Below, one piece after another: positions 47,101 through 55,962 of a stretch of 64,000 nt of DNA. The first letter of the stretch is position 1; every line of letters starts with the position of its first letter. Source of the stretch: a virus. The stretch is taken from positions 1 to 64,000 of IMG/VR virus record IMGVR_UViG_3300029957_000007; one strand, 5' to 3'. The position numbers and the translations under genes were made by a program. The notes under the pieces were generated by a model. That model had not been told where the DNA came from. It worked only from the letters and a program-made list of their open reading frames with translations, and did not search any database.

Positions 47101-47172
47101 GTTGGTTGAAGATGTTAAGCTGGAATCCACAACCATGTACGTGTAAACAACCCAAATAAAAGGAGGCTGACA

Positions 47173-47361
47173 ATGCGGTGCTGTGAACTTGGCTCGTGCC
47201 ACAAAGCGGCTGAGTGGAGAGAGAAGAAAACGATCTTTGCTACCAACCACAACAATGCCTACTGTTCAGCTTGCAAAGAAGTCGTGAAGAGCAATGAGGG
47301 CACGACTGATGAGGACTTTGTCGCTATCGGAATGCAATTGGTCCTCGCCAAAGCTGCATAG
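47173..47361 (+). CDS. small Cys-rich protein
   Basis: AAGGAGG SD; CCELGSC...CSAC. Confidence 0.65.
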   Translation: MRCCELGSCHKAAEWREKKTIFATNHNNAYCSACKEVVKSNEGTTDEDFVAIGMQLVLAKAA

Positions 47362-47370
47362 GAGATATAA

Positions 47371-48573
47371 ATGAAAAAGTATACGCTAGTAATTTTGTTC
47401 ATGCTGCTCACAACTTGTTTGTATGCAGCGAGTCCTTTGAATGGTGTAAGAATTTCAGAATGTTTTATCAATAGAAACACTGGTGCTGGGTACGATCATA
47501 GCTATATTACATTGTTCAATTCTACAACGTATACTGTGAATGTGAGTGGTGGAGCCGTTGAAACTGCTTTCAGTCTTGGTTCATATGTGCATTTGGTAAC
47601 CAACTTAACTGGTTCCATTGCCGCGCATAGCTTCTACTTGATTCAATTCGGGCCAACACTTGCAGGTACGGCATTACCAACACCAGATCTGATTGAAACT
47701 GCAACTTCAACAGGCTGGTCTCACGGGAATGGTCTTAACAGGTATGTCTTGCTTCTTGATACACAGGTTGATTCAGCTTGCGCCGATCCAAACGTTGTCG
47801 ACGCTGTTGGATTTGGATTATCACCTTGTTTTCAAGGTACCGCATCTTCGTACATTGCGAACCTTGGTGCGAACTCGATGCTTCGAACAGATCTGTGTTT
47901 GACTACAAACAACAATACAACAGATTTTTCTTCAATACCGGCGAATCCAAGAAATTCTTCCAGTTCCACGTGGGATTGCTCTGTACCTTCTGCTACACCA
48001 ACATCGACATTCACACCAACACCATCATTTACAGACACGCCACAAGATACAGAAACAGACACACCGACTCCAGTCGACACCGATACAGCTAGTCCCACCG
48101 CCACGCCTACAGAAACACCATCTGTTACGTTGACAGTCACATCAACGTCGACATCAACAGCAACTGCAACACCAAGTCCTACAGCAACATTCAATCCAGC
48201 AACGCAATGTGGGAACGTGACAACGCAGTACAACGTGGTGAAGAACTACTTCTCACATAACGCTTTCAACATTACGATCTTGACACCTGGTGGGACTGCA
48301 TTCGTTCCGCCGTTCAGTGATGCAGTCGCTACGCAATTGAACTACTTCAGGAACTACGGCAACAAGTACTTCATCGTCGACATGAGGAACCACTCATGCT
48401 TCTCCGATGCTGCACTGCTGACTTTCAAGAATGCAGCGAGAGGAAGTCAAACGTTCGTTGCAATCGATTCAACAACCGACGCAGTGTGCTTGAAGCACAT
48501 GAAAGTGTTGAACAGTGGAGTTTGGCAATTCTGTTCAACACCAGACGCATGCAACCATCTGATCATACACTGA
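47371..48573 (+). CDS. secreted lamin-tail-domain (LTD) protein with Thr/Pro linker and C-terminal alpha/beta domain
   Basis: Signal peptide; VRISE...YITLFN...GSIAAHSFYLIQ...VDAVGFG...TNNNTTDF..NPRN; TPTxTPT repeats. Confidence 0.75.
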   Translation: MKKYTLVILFMLLTTCLYAASPLNGVRISECFINRNTGAGYDHSYITLFNSTTYTVNVSGGAVETAFSLGSYVHLVTNLTGSIAAHSFYLIQFGPTLAGTALPTPDLIETATSTGWSHGNGLNRYVLLLDTQVDSACADPNVVDAVGFGLSPCFQGTASSYIANLGANSMLRTDLCLTTNNNTTDFSSIPANPRNSSSSTWDCSVPSATPTSTFTPTPSFTDTPQDTETDTPTPVDTDTASPTATPTETPSVTLTVTSTSTSTATATPSPTATFNPATQCGNVTTQYNVVKNYFSHNAFNITILTPGGTAFVPPFSDAVATQLNYFRNYGNKYFIVDMRNHSCFSDAALLTFKNAARGSQTFVAIDSTTDAVCLKHMKVLNSGVWQFCSTPDACNHLIIH

Positions 48574-48584
48574 CGAGGAACCAC

Positions 48585-49238
48585 ATGCAGTATCCTGGCA
48601 AACTGACAAAGAAAAAGGCAGAAGAGCTTCGCATAGAAGAAGAGATCAAGCTGCGAGTGAAACAGCAATGGCACTGGAACATGGTGGTCGCCGTTCTTGT
48701 CGCCGTGTTGTTCATCGGCTTGATCATGCTGAAGAGCAATCAAGTCGATGCATATAAACAGGAAGTCAAAGAGCTCAAGCAAGAGGTCGCTGATGCTGAT
48801 GTTCAAAAGCAAGCGGCCGTTGATGCACTCACTGCAAATGAGCTCGCTACGCAAAAGCGAATTGCTCATCACCGCAAGCACAAGCATGTTGCAGTGAAAG
48901 CGAAGTACAAGTTGGAAGACGCACACTTCGACTACATCACTTCTGTCGATCTGAAGCCGATCACCACCACATCGATCACAACACCTGTCGACATGTTCTT
49001 AGTCGTGAGAGTTGAGGAGAACAACGCAGCGGCATGGCCAGTGAAGATCGTGCAGAAAAGTGACAACGTGATGTCGATCAGATGCAAGGTGACGAACGTC
49101 GCTGATGTGCCATCTCGTAAGATCGACAACAAGATGGCGACTGTAGGATTCAGAGCTCAGCCAATCAGAACTGCGAAACAAGGTGAAGCTGCATACAACA
49201 TCATCATCGATGGTACTTACGAACCGGCGGTGCAGTGA
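48585..49238 (+). CDS. membrane-anchored coiled-coil protein
   Basis: TM helix VVAVLVAVLFIGLIML followed by coiled coil; GAGGA SD. Confidence 0.7.
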   Translation: MQYPGKLTKKKAEELRIEEEIKLRVKQQWHWNMVVAVLVAVLFIGLIMLKSNQVDAYKQEVKELKQEVADADVQKQAAVDALTANELATQKRIAHHRKHKHVAVKAKYKLEDAHFDYITSVDLKPITTTSITTPVDMFLVVRVEENNAAAWPVKIVQKSDNVMSIRCKVTNVADVPSRKIDNKMATVGFRAQPIRTAKQGEAAYNIIIDGTYEPAVQ

Positions 49239-49987
49239 TGAGCATGAACATTGCACAAGACGTTCGCATCGGCGATCAAGTTGATCTACAACTCAACAAT
49301 GCAACGCTGATGAGCGGCATTGTTCACGACATGGATCCTGACAATATGTCGCTGCTTCTTGGTAGCAAGAAGATCTTGTTCCAAGACATCGTTGGATGGA
49401 CGGTCACATCTCACGTAATGCGTGATGTCTATCAAACGCAGCACCAGGACGATGTGCGCTTTGCTCATAACACAGAACAGCGAATGCTTCGCACAATTGG
49501 CGCATATCTTGCGAATAACGGCTTCACTGTCGAGCAGCTACCCGATGGTTTACCGCATTGGTCTCGTAGTGAGATCATGGAATATGCGTTGATCACGAGC
49601 GTAAGCAAGCATTTCATCGCTGAAGAATTCGCTGATCTATTCGTCAAGAACATGTTGCGACATGGCAAGAGCACAAAAGGCAAGTTCATCACTTTCCGTA
49701 AACGAGTTGGTGTACTGCCAGTGCCACGTGGTTTGAATAAAGAACTCGAACTCATCGCTTACGTGTTGTTCTATAGAGATGAATATCGAGCCGATCACTT
49801 CGAAGTCGGACAAGAAGTTCGAGTGAAGGTTCCGCAATCTATTCAAGTCGGAGATAGATGCTACCTTGAGATCAAGCAAGGTGAGGTGGTAACCATCATG
49901 CAGAAGTTGAACAACGATCAGTACTTCATCAGAACACAAGGCAATCAGAAATGGTCACTGCTTGCCTCACATCTCGAGAGGATATAA
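49235..49987 (+). CDS. hypothetical protein with N- and C-terminal SH3-like modules
   Basis: VRIGDQVDL...; FEVGQEVRV...GEVVTI. Confidence 0.65.
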   Translation: MMSMNIAQDVRIGDQVDLQLNNATLMSGIVHDMDPDNMSLLLGSKKILFQDIVGWTVTSHVMRDVYQTQHQDDVRFAHNTEQRMLRTIGAYLANNGFTVEQLPDGLPHWSRSEIMEYALITSVSKHFIAEEFADLFVKNMLRHGKSTKGKFITFRKRVGVLPVPRGLNKELELIAYVLFYRDEYRADHFEVGQEVRVKVPQSIQVGDRCYLEIKQGEVVTIMQKLNNDQYFIRTQGNQKWSLLASHLERI

Positions 49988-49990
49988 GCG

Positions 49991-50311
49991 ATGGAACAGC
50001 CATTCACAGCAGAGCATTTCGTCGATGCAGACAAGAATCCCGCTGGTGGCTTGAGTGAAGCCACAGGCATTCGGATCCAATGGCAACACGGTCCGCTGAA
50101 GGTTGGTGGAGTACAACGCGATCCAAACGGTGCTTTTGTTGAGACTGTTCTGCACATCGCAAAGAACAGGCTGGATTTCTATCAAGGCAGCAAGTTCAAT
50201 TGCGCCGACAACCAAGAGGCGATCGATCACATCCTCAAAGCCATTGAAGCGCTGAATAGACGGACAAAGAACAGAACTGAACGCGGTGTTGAAGGCACTC
50301 ACAAGGTTTAG
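49991..50311 (+). CDS. tad1: Tad1-like anti-defence signal-sponge protein
   Basis: IQWQHGP...NGAFVETVL.IAKNRLDFYQGSKFNCADNQEAIDHILKAIEALNRRTKNRTERGVEGTH aligns by eye with the Tad1 family pattern. Confidence 0.75.
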   Translation: MEQPFTAEHFVDADKNPAGGLSEATGIRIQWQHGPLKVGGVQRDPNGAFVETVLHIAKNRLDFYQGSKFNCADNQEAIDHILKAIEALNRRTKNRTERGVEGTHKV

Positions 50312-50323
50312 AGGTACAACAAC

Positions 50324-50692
50324 ATGATCGATCTCATTGCAATCCTCAAGAACGACGAAGGTGACGTGACACGGCATGGTTGCATCGCTTTAGACCATAA
50401 CGGGTCTGTAGCCATCTTTTCAGACACCAACATGGTGGATGCAATGAGCGCAATGTTCCGTGACACCAAATCGCTGTTTCGTACAAGCAACCGCGATCGA
50501 CATCTTGTTCGTGAAGAGATCTTAACCAACGAACGAGGTGCTTGGCTCTCGGAAATGCGTCGTCAGCTGCCTTCACCTTACTACGGTGGTCCGATCACAA
50601 GCTCTATGTATTCACTCGATCAGATCGAAGGTGAGTATGTAGGCATTGACGGTGAAGACAAAAGCAAGTACACCTACAAGAGGTTCACATGA
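50324..50692 (+). CDS. hypothetical protein
   Basis: 122 aa. Confidence 0.65.
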   Translation: MIDLIAILKNDEGDVTRHGCIALDHNGSVAIFSDTNMVDAMSAMFRDTKSLFRTSNRDRHLVREEILTNERGAWLSEMRRQLPSPYYGGPITSSMYSLDQIEGEYVGIDGEDKSKYTYKRFT

Positions 50693-50901
50693 GTGAGGCG
50701 ACAATGGAGCGTGTGATCGTTGTTCGAAGAGCTGAGTTCCACGAAAAGGTCGGTGGAAGATACTACAGCTACTCGACAAACACACGCATCGATGCAAAGA
50801 TCGCTGAGATGTTAAGGGAGTTCATCGCGACAGGGAAGAACAGTGAGCACTTCCTGTTGGTCGATGAACAAGGACTAGAGGTGAAGGACAATGATCGTTA
50901 A
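50689..50901 (+). CDS. hypothetical protein
   Basis: ATGA overlap. Confidence 0.6.
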   Translation: MSEATMERVIVVRRAEFHEKVGGRYYSYSTNTRIDAKIAEMLREFIATGKNSEHFLLVDEQGLEVKDNDR

Positions 50902-51163
50902 AATCGGAGACAAGAAGTTCGACTCAGAAAAAGAGCCCATCATGATCGAGCTGAGTTTGGAAGAGCGAGATCTGATCGCCAACATGGATCAGGCAGCTAC
51001 CAAGTATTGCAGCTATCCACTTGGCATGGAAGCGAACGATGTTGCCAAGTTCATGGAGATCGAGCTTGGTGAGGAGTTGGAAGAAAAGACGGAGGATCCG
51101 GATGGGAAAGCCGACGATCAAGCAGCAGATGGAACAGCACAAGGAGACGTGCCCAAAGTGTGA
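50891..51163 (+). CDS. hypothetical protein
   Basis: GAGGTG SD. Confidence 0.65.
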   Translation: MIVKIGDKKFDSEKEPIMIELSLEERDLIANMDQAATKYCSYPLGMEANDVAKFMEIELGEELEEKTEDPDGKADDQAADGTAQGDVPKV

Positions 51164-51296
51164 TCGTGAAATGCAGAGGGTAGAAAACACGTACAAATGC
51201 TTGAGCTGTGGCTTCATGAAACACAAACGAGGTACATCGCAAGATCATGGAGTCGATGGTCGACTCTACGACAAACAACGAGGCCTGTACCTTTAG
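51129..51296 (+). CDS. Zn-ribbon protein
   Basis: CPKC...CLSCG. Confidence 0.6.
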   Translation: MEQHKETCPKCDREMQRVENTYKCLSCGFMKHKRGTSQDHGVDGRLYDKQRGLYL

Positions 51297-51325
51297 GTAC
51301 TGACTCATAAAACAAGGAGCTCGAC

Positions 51326-51799
51326 ATGAGCATCGCGTCATGGTTTTCAGGTTTGTGGAATGCGATCAAAGGCAATGCTGGCAAGGCTGAGAGCATTGCT
51401 GCTAAGATCGGAGCTGGAGCCGCAGTGGTTGGGCGTGATGCTGCTATCGTCGCTCAGAATCCTGTGACCATCGAGGTCGCCAGTGGCGCACTTACAGCGA
51501 TGGGTCACCCTGAGATGGCGAATGCGCTGAATGCAGTGCAGGCCGCAATGCAGCAGGTCAATGCTGCTCGTCAGACGATCGTCACAACGGATCTGAGCAA
51601 GCCGATGACAGCTCAAAGCGCTGCGGCTTTGGTTGGCAGCGTTGCTGATGCTACCCAAAAGGTCGCAGCTGCCACTCAGGCTGCTGCCGGTGCCGTGGCT
51701 GCTGTTCCTTCCGCCGCTCCTGCTCCGGTTCAACCTGCTGCCCAGCCTGTGGCTCCTGCCGCAGCTCCGGTGGTGGTTCTGCCGTCATCGCAAGGCTGA
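51326..51799 (+). CDS. Ala-rich protein with amphipathic N-terminus (virion or membrane associated?)
   Basis: AAGGAG SD; MSIASWFSGLWNAIKG; Ala/Pro-rich tail. Confidence 0.7.
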   Translation: MSIASWFSGLWNAIKGNAGKAESIAAKIGAGAAVVGRDAAIVAQNPVTIEVASGALTAMGHPEMANALNAVQAAMQQVNAARQTIVTTDLSKPMTAQSAAALVGSVADATQKVAAATQAAAGAVAAVPSAAPAPVQPAAQPVAPAAAPVVVLPSSQG

Positions 51800-51871
51800 A
51801 AACACGATGCAGATCTACTAGCGGCGTTGTGATGTGCAACGCCGCTAGATCCATTCGACTTTGGAGCAGAA

Positions 51872-52261
51872 ATGCTACGAAAGAAACAAGAGGATTTGAC
51901 TGAGAAAGAAACGTACTTCGACAACGTAAAACGCTGCATACAACTGATCGATGCTCGAAAGCGTTTGGGCATGCCAGTTGGTGGGACACTACAATCGCTG
52001 GAACGGCTACTCAAGATCAATGTGAATTGCGAGGATGTTCACACAGACGACTACATCTGCGCTGTGATGATCGATGGTTTCTTAGCAGAGGCTGTGAAAC
52101 CAACAGAGGATCCTGAGCTCAGCGATGAGATGCGTCCTGCGACGTACCTTAGCACGAAGGAGCACATCACGTTCTATTCTGAACGGATGCTTCCTGCCAA
52201 CAGCATTGTGATCTTCACTGATCAACGCGTTCTTTACGCTAAGTGGAAGCACCAGCGATGA
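51872..52261 (+). CDS. hypothetical protein
   Basis: GGAG SD. Confidence 0.65.
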   Translation: MLRKKQEDLTEKETYFDNVKRCIQLIDARKRLGMPVGGTLQSLERLLKINVNCEDVHTDDYICAVMIDGFLAEAVKPTEDPELSDEMRPATYLSTKEHITFYSERMLPANSIVIFTDQRVLYAKWKHQR

Positions 52262-52578
52262 ATGTGATCTCCGTCACCTTCAACTGCGATGTCGACATAT
52301 CATTGCTTCGACAGTTTAAGGAGATCGTGAAGTTCGCAAAGAAAGTAGGCAAGCACTGCTTTGTTGTGAACCTCACAACGCATTTCATTCCTGAGAACTT
52401 CATCACATATGTGAAACAAGAAAACAGGTACTTGAAAGACTACAAAGGCGGCATCAAACTCGTGTCGCAACATGGTAGCATCAGACGACAAATGCGCTAC
52501 CACGACCCAGTCATTTCAGTGCAGGTGTTCGATCACGAACAACAAGCACTTGACCAATTTGCTCTTGAGGCTAGGTAA
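52258..52578 (+). CDS. STAS-domain (anti-sigma antagonist-like) protein
   Basis: CDVDISLLRQF...GKHCFVVNLT.HFI...RYLKDYKGGIKLVSQ..SIRRQM...VQVFDHEQQAL follows STAS secondary-structure pattern. Confidence 0.55.
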   Translation: MNVISVTFNCDVDISLLRQFKEIVKFAKKVGKHCFVVNLTTHFIPENFITYVKQENRYLKDYKGGIKLVSQHGSIRRQMRYHDPVISVQVFDHEQQALDQFALEAR

Positions 52579-53057
52579 TGGCCGGACCTAAGGAACTACA
52601 AGACAGAATGAAGATGATTAAGAACAACGAGCTTCGCACCAAGTTGAATGGCGAAGCTAGAGACAAGATGAATGCGTTGTTTGCAACCATGAACAAGCTC
52701 GACTACGCTGCTTACAAATTGCTACTTGGTCTAGCATTTGTAGACGACGACGTCAAGCAAATGGTGAGAGAGCTTTCGAATCTGAATGAGGACTCGAAAG
52801 AGTGGAGTGACAAGTACTTCCACATCCACTGGTGGGTCAAAGGCGTGATCGATGCTCGACGTGGTGAGATCAACAAAGCTACGAGAGAGAACAATACACG
52901 AGAGCTTGCCACATTCACAACTACGATCTTGGACGACGCTTGTGTGAGCCTCATGATCTCAACACATGTGAACGTCTTGAAGATCTACATCGCTACAGAG
53001 GATGCCATCAAAGCTGCGGAGGCTGTGAGCCATGAAACTGACCAGCCTGCTCAGTAG
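52578..53057 (+). CDS. hypothetical protein
   Basis: TAATG overlap. Confidence 0.7.
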   Translation: MAGPKELQDRMKMIKNNELRTKLNGEARDKMNALFATMNKLDYAAYKLLLGLAFVDDDVKQMVRELSNLNEDSKEWSDKYFHIHWWVKGVIDARRGEINKATRENNTRELATFTTTILDDACVSLMISTHVNVLKIYIATEDAIKAAEAVSHETDQPAQ

Positions 53058-53535
53058 CCAAAGCATTGTCGACAAGCTTCGTGCTGAAGAACTTGAACGC
53101 GTTGAGTCCATTCGACGTAAAGCTGAAAAGGACTCACGTGTAAAGCACTGGTACGACAAGCTGTTGCTTCGATGGTACATCACACTGGTCAAACTGTTGT
53201 GGTGGACACAGAAGGCACTTCAACGTGCAGTCAATCACCGCAACAAGTACAGCGAGACATGGATCACACACGAGTCAACACGCATCTTCGCTGAGATGCT
53301 GCAAGGCGATCAGTTAGACGTGCTGAAGGAGCTCAACATCCTTCGAGCATGGAAGATCGACGACTCGAAGCTGATGATCACATTCGGCAAGATCGAAAGA
53401 GATGAAGAGAAATACGTATTCCCTGACGAGGGCATGTTCATTGTCGTTGAAGCTGTGAACGACCATGACGCTACATTCCTGAAAATTGGAATGGACACGT
53501 GGGAGAAGGAAAATGATTCAGCAAGAAGAAATTAA
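53032..53535 (+). CDS. hypothetical protein
   Basis: 167 aa. Confidence 0.65.
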   Translation: MKLTSLLSSQSIVDKLRAEELERVESIRRKAEKDSRVKHWYDKLLLRWYITLVKLLWWTQKALQRAVNHRNKYSETWITHESTRIFAEMLQGDQLDVLKELNILRAWKIDDSKLMITFGKIERDEEKYVFPDEGMFIVVEAVNDHDATFLKIGMDTWEKENDSARRN

Positions 53536-53797
53536 GCAAGATGTGCTGAATGCTTTACAGCTTCTGAAACCTGAGAGAGAAGAGCAGTTTGATACGACTT
53601 GGGAGATCTTCACCAAGAAGTATTCGCTTCACTCAGTTGAAGCAAGTGGGAACGGGATTGGTCAACACGTTCTTGCTGATCTGCTGCGACCAATTGCACA
53701 GGGTCATCACGAAAGGCACATTCACATTTTCTACAAGCATTTGGTGACAGTGAATGGCGGCATCGTTGAAGTGGACTTCTTGTTCAAGTGGTTCTAA
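53513..53797 (+). CDS. hypothetical protein
   Basis: AAGGA SD, ATG 53513. Confidence 0.6.
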   Translation: MIQQEEIKQDVLNALQLLKPEREEQFDTTWEIFTKKYSLHSVEASGNGIGQHVLADLLRPIAQGHHERHIHIFYKHLVTVNGGIVEVDFLFKWF

Positions 53798-53800
53798 AGA

Positions 53801-53966
53801 CTTGCGGTTGCAGTTGGTGCAAGAGCCAAAGGGCCCAGGACTTGAGCATCGGCCCCCTCGTTCCTTTGCTCAAGTATGACCACCCTAATGCGAATGGGAA
53901 ATCGCATCGTAGGCTGAGCGAGTTTGGAGTCATGCCTCCAATGTAGCAATCCTACACAACCGCAAG
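53801..53966 (+). ncRNA. candidate highly structured ncRNA with pseudoknots (strand inferred)
   Basis: Perfect 10-bp terminal stem cttgcggttg / caaccgcaag; H-type pseudoknot; three more hairpins; fills an ORF-free gap. Confidence 0.65.
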
Positions 53967-53987
53967 GTTTCTTTGACGGAGAGATCC

Positions 53988-54467
53988 ATGCTGAAGAAAG
54001 TTGACACGCTACTCAAGCAGTGCAAGGGTAAGACGACTGTGCATAAGTTTGAGAATCTACTCACGAAACTCGATGGTCTATGCAGAATGGACTTCGACTT
54101 CTTGATGAGAGGCAACCTCATTCCTTACCGAGTCACATTCGCAAATGGTGTGAGTAAAGAGGAGTGGGATGCGACACCAGATAAAAGTAAGGTAGTGACG
54201 ATCGAACATCAGGATCCTGACCAACTCGGCAAGTTGTTCTTCGCAGCAGTGATGGACACACGTCGTCCTCATGATACCACACTGACATTCGTTGATTACT
54301 ACTCGAAAACGATTTCAGTGCGAGTTAAGGGCGATGACTATCACAATCCGATTTTTGTGGCAGAAGGAAGGATCCTCTGGAATGGGGCTCTCGAAGATCA
54401 TCTTCGTGAACAAGAACACGAGGCGATCAAGGAGAAAAACAAAGAGAAGTGGAGAAAGTCACTATGA
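53988..54467 (+). CDS. hypothetical protein
   Basis: GGAG SD, ATG 53988. Confidence 0.65.
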   Translation: MLKKVDTLLKQCKGKTTVHKFENLLTKLDGLCRMDFDFLMRGNLIPYRVTFANGVSKEEWDATPDKSKVVTIEHQDPDQLGKLFFAAVMDTRRPHDTTLTFVDYYSKTISVRVKGDDYHNPIFVAEGRILWNGALEDHLREQEHEAIKEKNKEKWRKSL

Positions 54468-54772
54468 GCGACGCCAACAACGTGGTGGAGGGAAAGGCTG
54501 CGGACCACGATGAGCATGTGAAGTTCTTCTCCAAGTTCATCTTTCGCAGATTGAAGCAAGCAAATCAACCGCAGATCTTGACAATAGATCAAGCGAAGCA
54601 GGTTGAAAAGGATGAAGTGTTAGTTCGCAAGTTCCTTAACAGACTCGTGGAATATGATGTGGTCCATCGAGCCGGATGGTTGGGGAACATCGAAGCCTAT
54701 GCAATAAAGGAAGAAGCTTACAAAGGTGAGCTCACACTTGACGAGATCAAAAAGATCCTAAGCATCATCTGA
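54464..54772 (+). CDS. hypothetical protein
   Basis: ATGA overlap. Confidence 0.65.
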   Translation: MSDANNVVEGKAADHDEHVKFFSKFIFRRLKQANQPQILTIDQAKQVEKDEVLVRKFLNRLVEYDVVHRAGWLGNIEAYAIKEEAYKGELTLDEIKKILSII

Positions 54773-54783
54773 CAGAGGTCGAC

Positions 54784-55152
54784 ATGCAATTGCCTGAAGT
54801 AGCGCCTCCATCTGCTCTACAAACAGAGAAACTAGAGGTTGGCTTCAAATTCATTCGCTGTTTTGCCGAAGTACTCAAGCACCAGAAAGTTCCTTATCGT
54901 CCTGTGAACGAACTGACAGACGAGTTCGTGAAGATCGAAATAGCAAATGTGACTCGCGACAACGCTGAGATGCAAGCTGGTCGTGCAGCAGCGTTTGTCA
55001 TGAACAAGAAAGAAGGCGCTCAAAACGTCTTTGAGTTCAGTCGCATGGCTGTTGCTACAGAGGAAAGCCGCGACCATCAGTTCACACTCAACTTCTATGG
55101 TAGATGGAAGGTTGAAGAACTGAAGGAGATCGGTGATGAAGTTCAAAACTAA
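54784..55152 (+). CDS. hypothetical protein
   Basis: GAGG SD. Confidence 0.65.
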   Translation: MQLPEVAPPSALQTEKLEVGFKFIRCFAEVLKHQKVPYRPVNELTDEFVKIEIANVTRDNAEMQAGRAAAFVMNKKEGAQNVFEFSRMAVATEESRDHQFTLNFYGRWKVEELKEIGDEVQN

Positions 55153-55369
55153 GGAAGACATTCACTTTGGCGACATTCGAATCCCAAAAGACACGACACT
55201 GGTCCTTGTGGAAAAGAAAAACAAGGTTGGTTACCACACACCACCCAATATCGTGTATGGGCAACGCCCAGAAAGATACAGCTTTGAGATGTTCTATTGC
55301 ATCTTAGAGGGAACAGGTATCCCAATTCAATTCGGTTTTAGAGAGCATCAGATAGAGGTGATGTCGTGA
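55133..55369 (+). CDS. hypothetical protein
   Basis: 78 aa. Confidence 0.6.
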   Translation: MMKFKTKEDIHFGDIRIPKDTTLVLVEKKNKVGYHTPPNIVYGQRPERYSFEMFYCILEGTGIPIQFGFREHQIEVMS

Positions 55370-55839
55370 CGGAGCCTCGAAAACTTACAGAGAAGTTCAT
55401 GGATGAACATGACTTTCTCATGCTTGTACCAGAGTTCCTTGTTCGTGGCACTGGCAAAGATCCAGACACACTCATCATGGAATTGGCGAACAAGGACCTT
55501 CACTCATTTGAGATCTTCGCAAATGCGGACGACATCAAGTGGGGTTTGAAGAGAGGCGACATCAAGTACTACAAGCCTTACATTCTGCCGATTCAAGAGA
55601 ATCCTCTACGCTATGAAGCATTGAAGCGTTATGTAGAGGAAACAGTTACCCAAGCGAGTGCAAGTAAGAAGATGGATTTCAATGCTGATAACTTTTCATT
55701 CCAGTTCGATGAGCCAACCATTTCAGATGTTCAAATGGTTGGAATACCGAACATCAAGTACTTCCGAATCGTGAGGCTCTTGAAAGAGGGAGAGCCCATG
55801 AAGCAAGAAGTACCTGATCCTTCATTTTTCTGCAAGTAA
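55366..55839 (+). CDS. hypothetical protein
   Basis: GAGGTG SD, GTG start. Confidence 0.65.
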   Translation: MTEPRKLTEKFMDEHDFLMLVPEFLVRGTGKDPDTLIMELANKDLHSFEIFANADDIKWGLKRGDIKYYKPYILPIQENPLRYEALKRYVEETVTQASASKKMDFNADNFSFQFDEPTISDVQMVGIPNIKYFRIVRLLKEGEPMKQEVPDPSFFCK

Positions 55840-55853
55840 CTATCGCAGAAGAA

Positions 55854-55935
55854 CAACGTTGACTTGGGCGAAGAGAAGCCGCTGAAGGTGTCCGTAGGAG
55901 ATGCATGAGAGAATCACTCATGCAGATCAACGTTG
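55854..55935 (+). ncRNA. candidate multi-stem structured leader or small RNA
   Basis: caacgttga / tcaacgttg closing stem; internal tgcatgag / ctcatgca 8-bp hairpin. Confidence 0.35.
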
Positions 55936-55962
55936 AAATTGAAAAGAGAGGAGGTGAGACGA

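Noticed and set aside
53828-53895. Pistol- or HDV-like ribozyme assignment for the pseudoknot
   Set aside because: No P3/L3 nested stem as in HDV, and only a partial CCCTAA match to pistol; left as unassigned RNA
55863-55900. Glycine-riboswitch-like GCTGAAGG
   Set aside because: No GGAGAG/CUCUCAGG partner motifs
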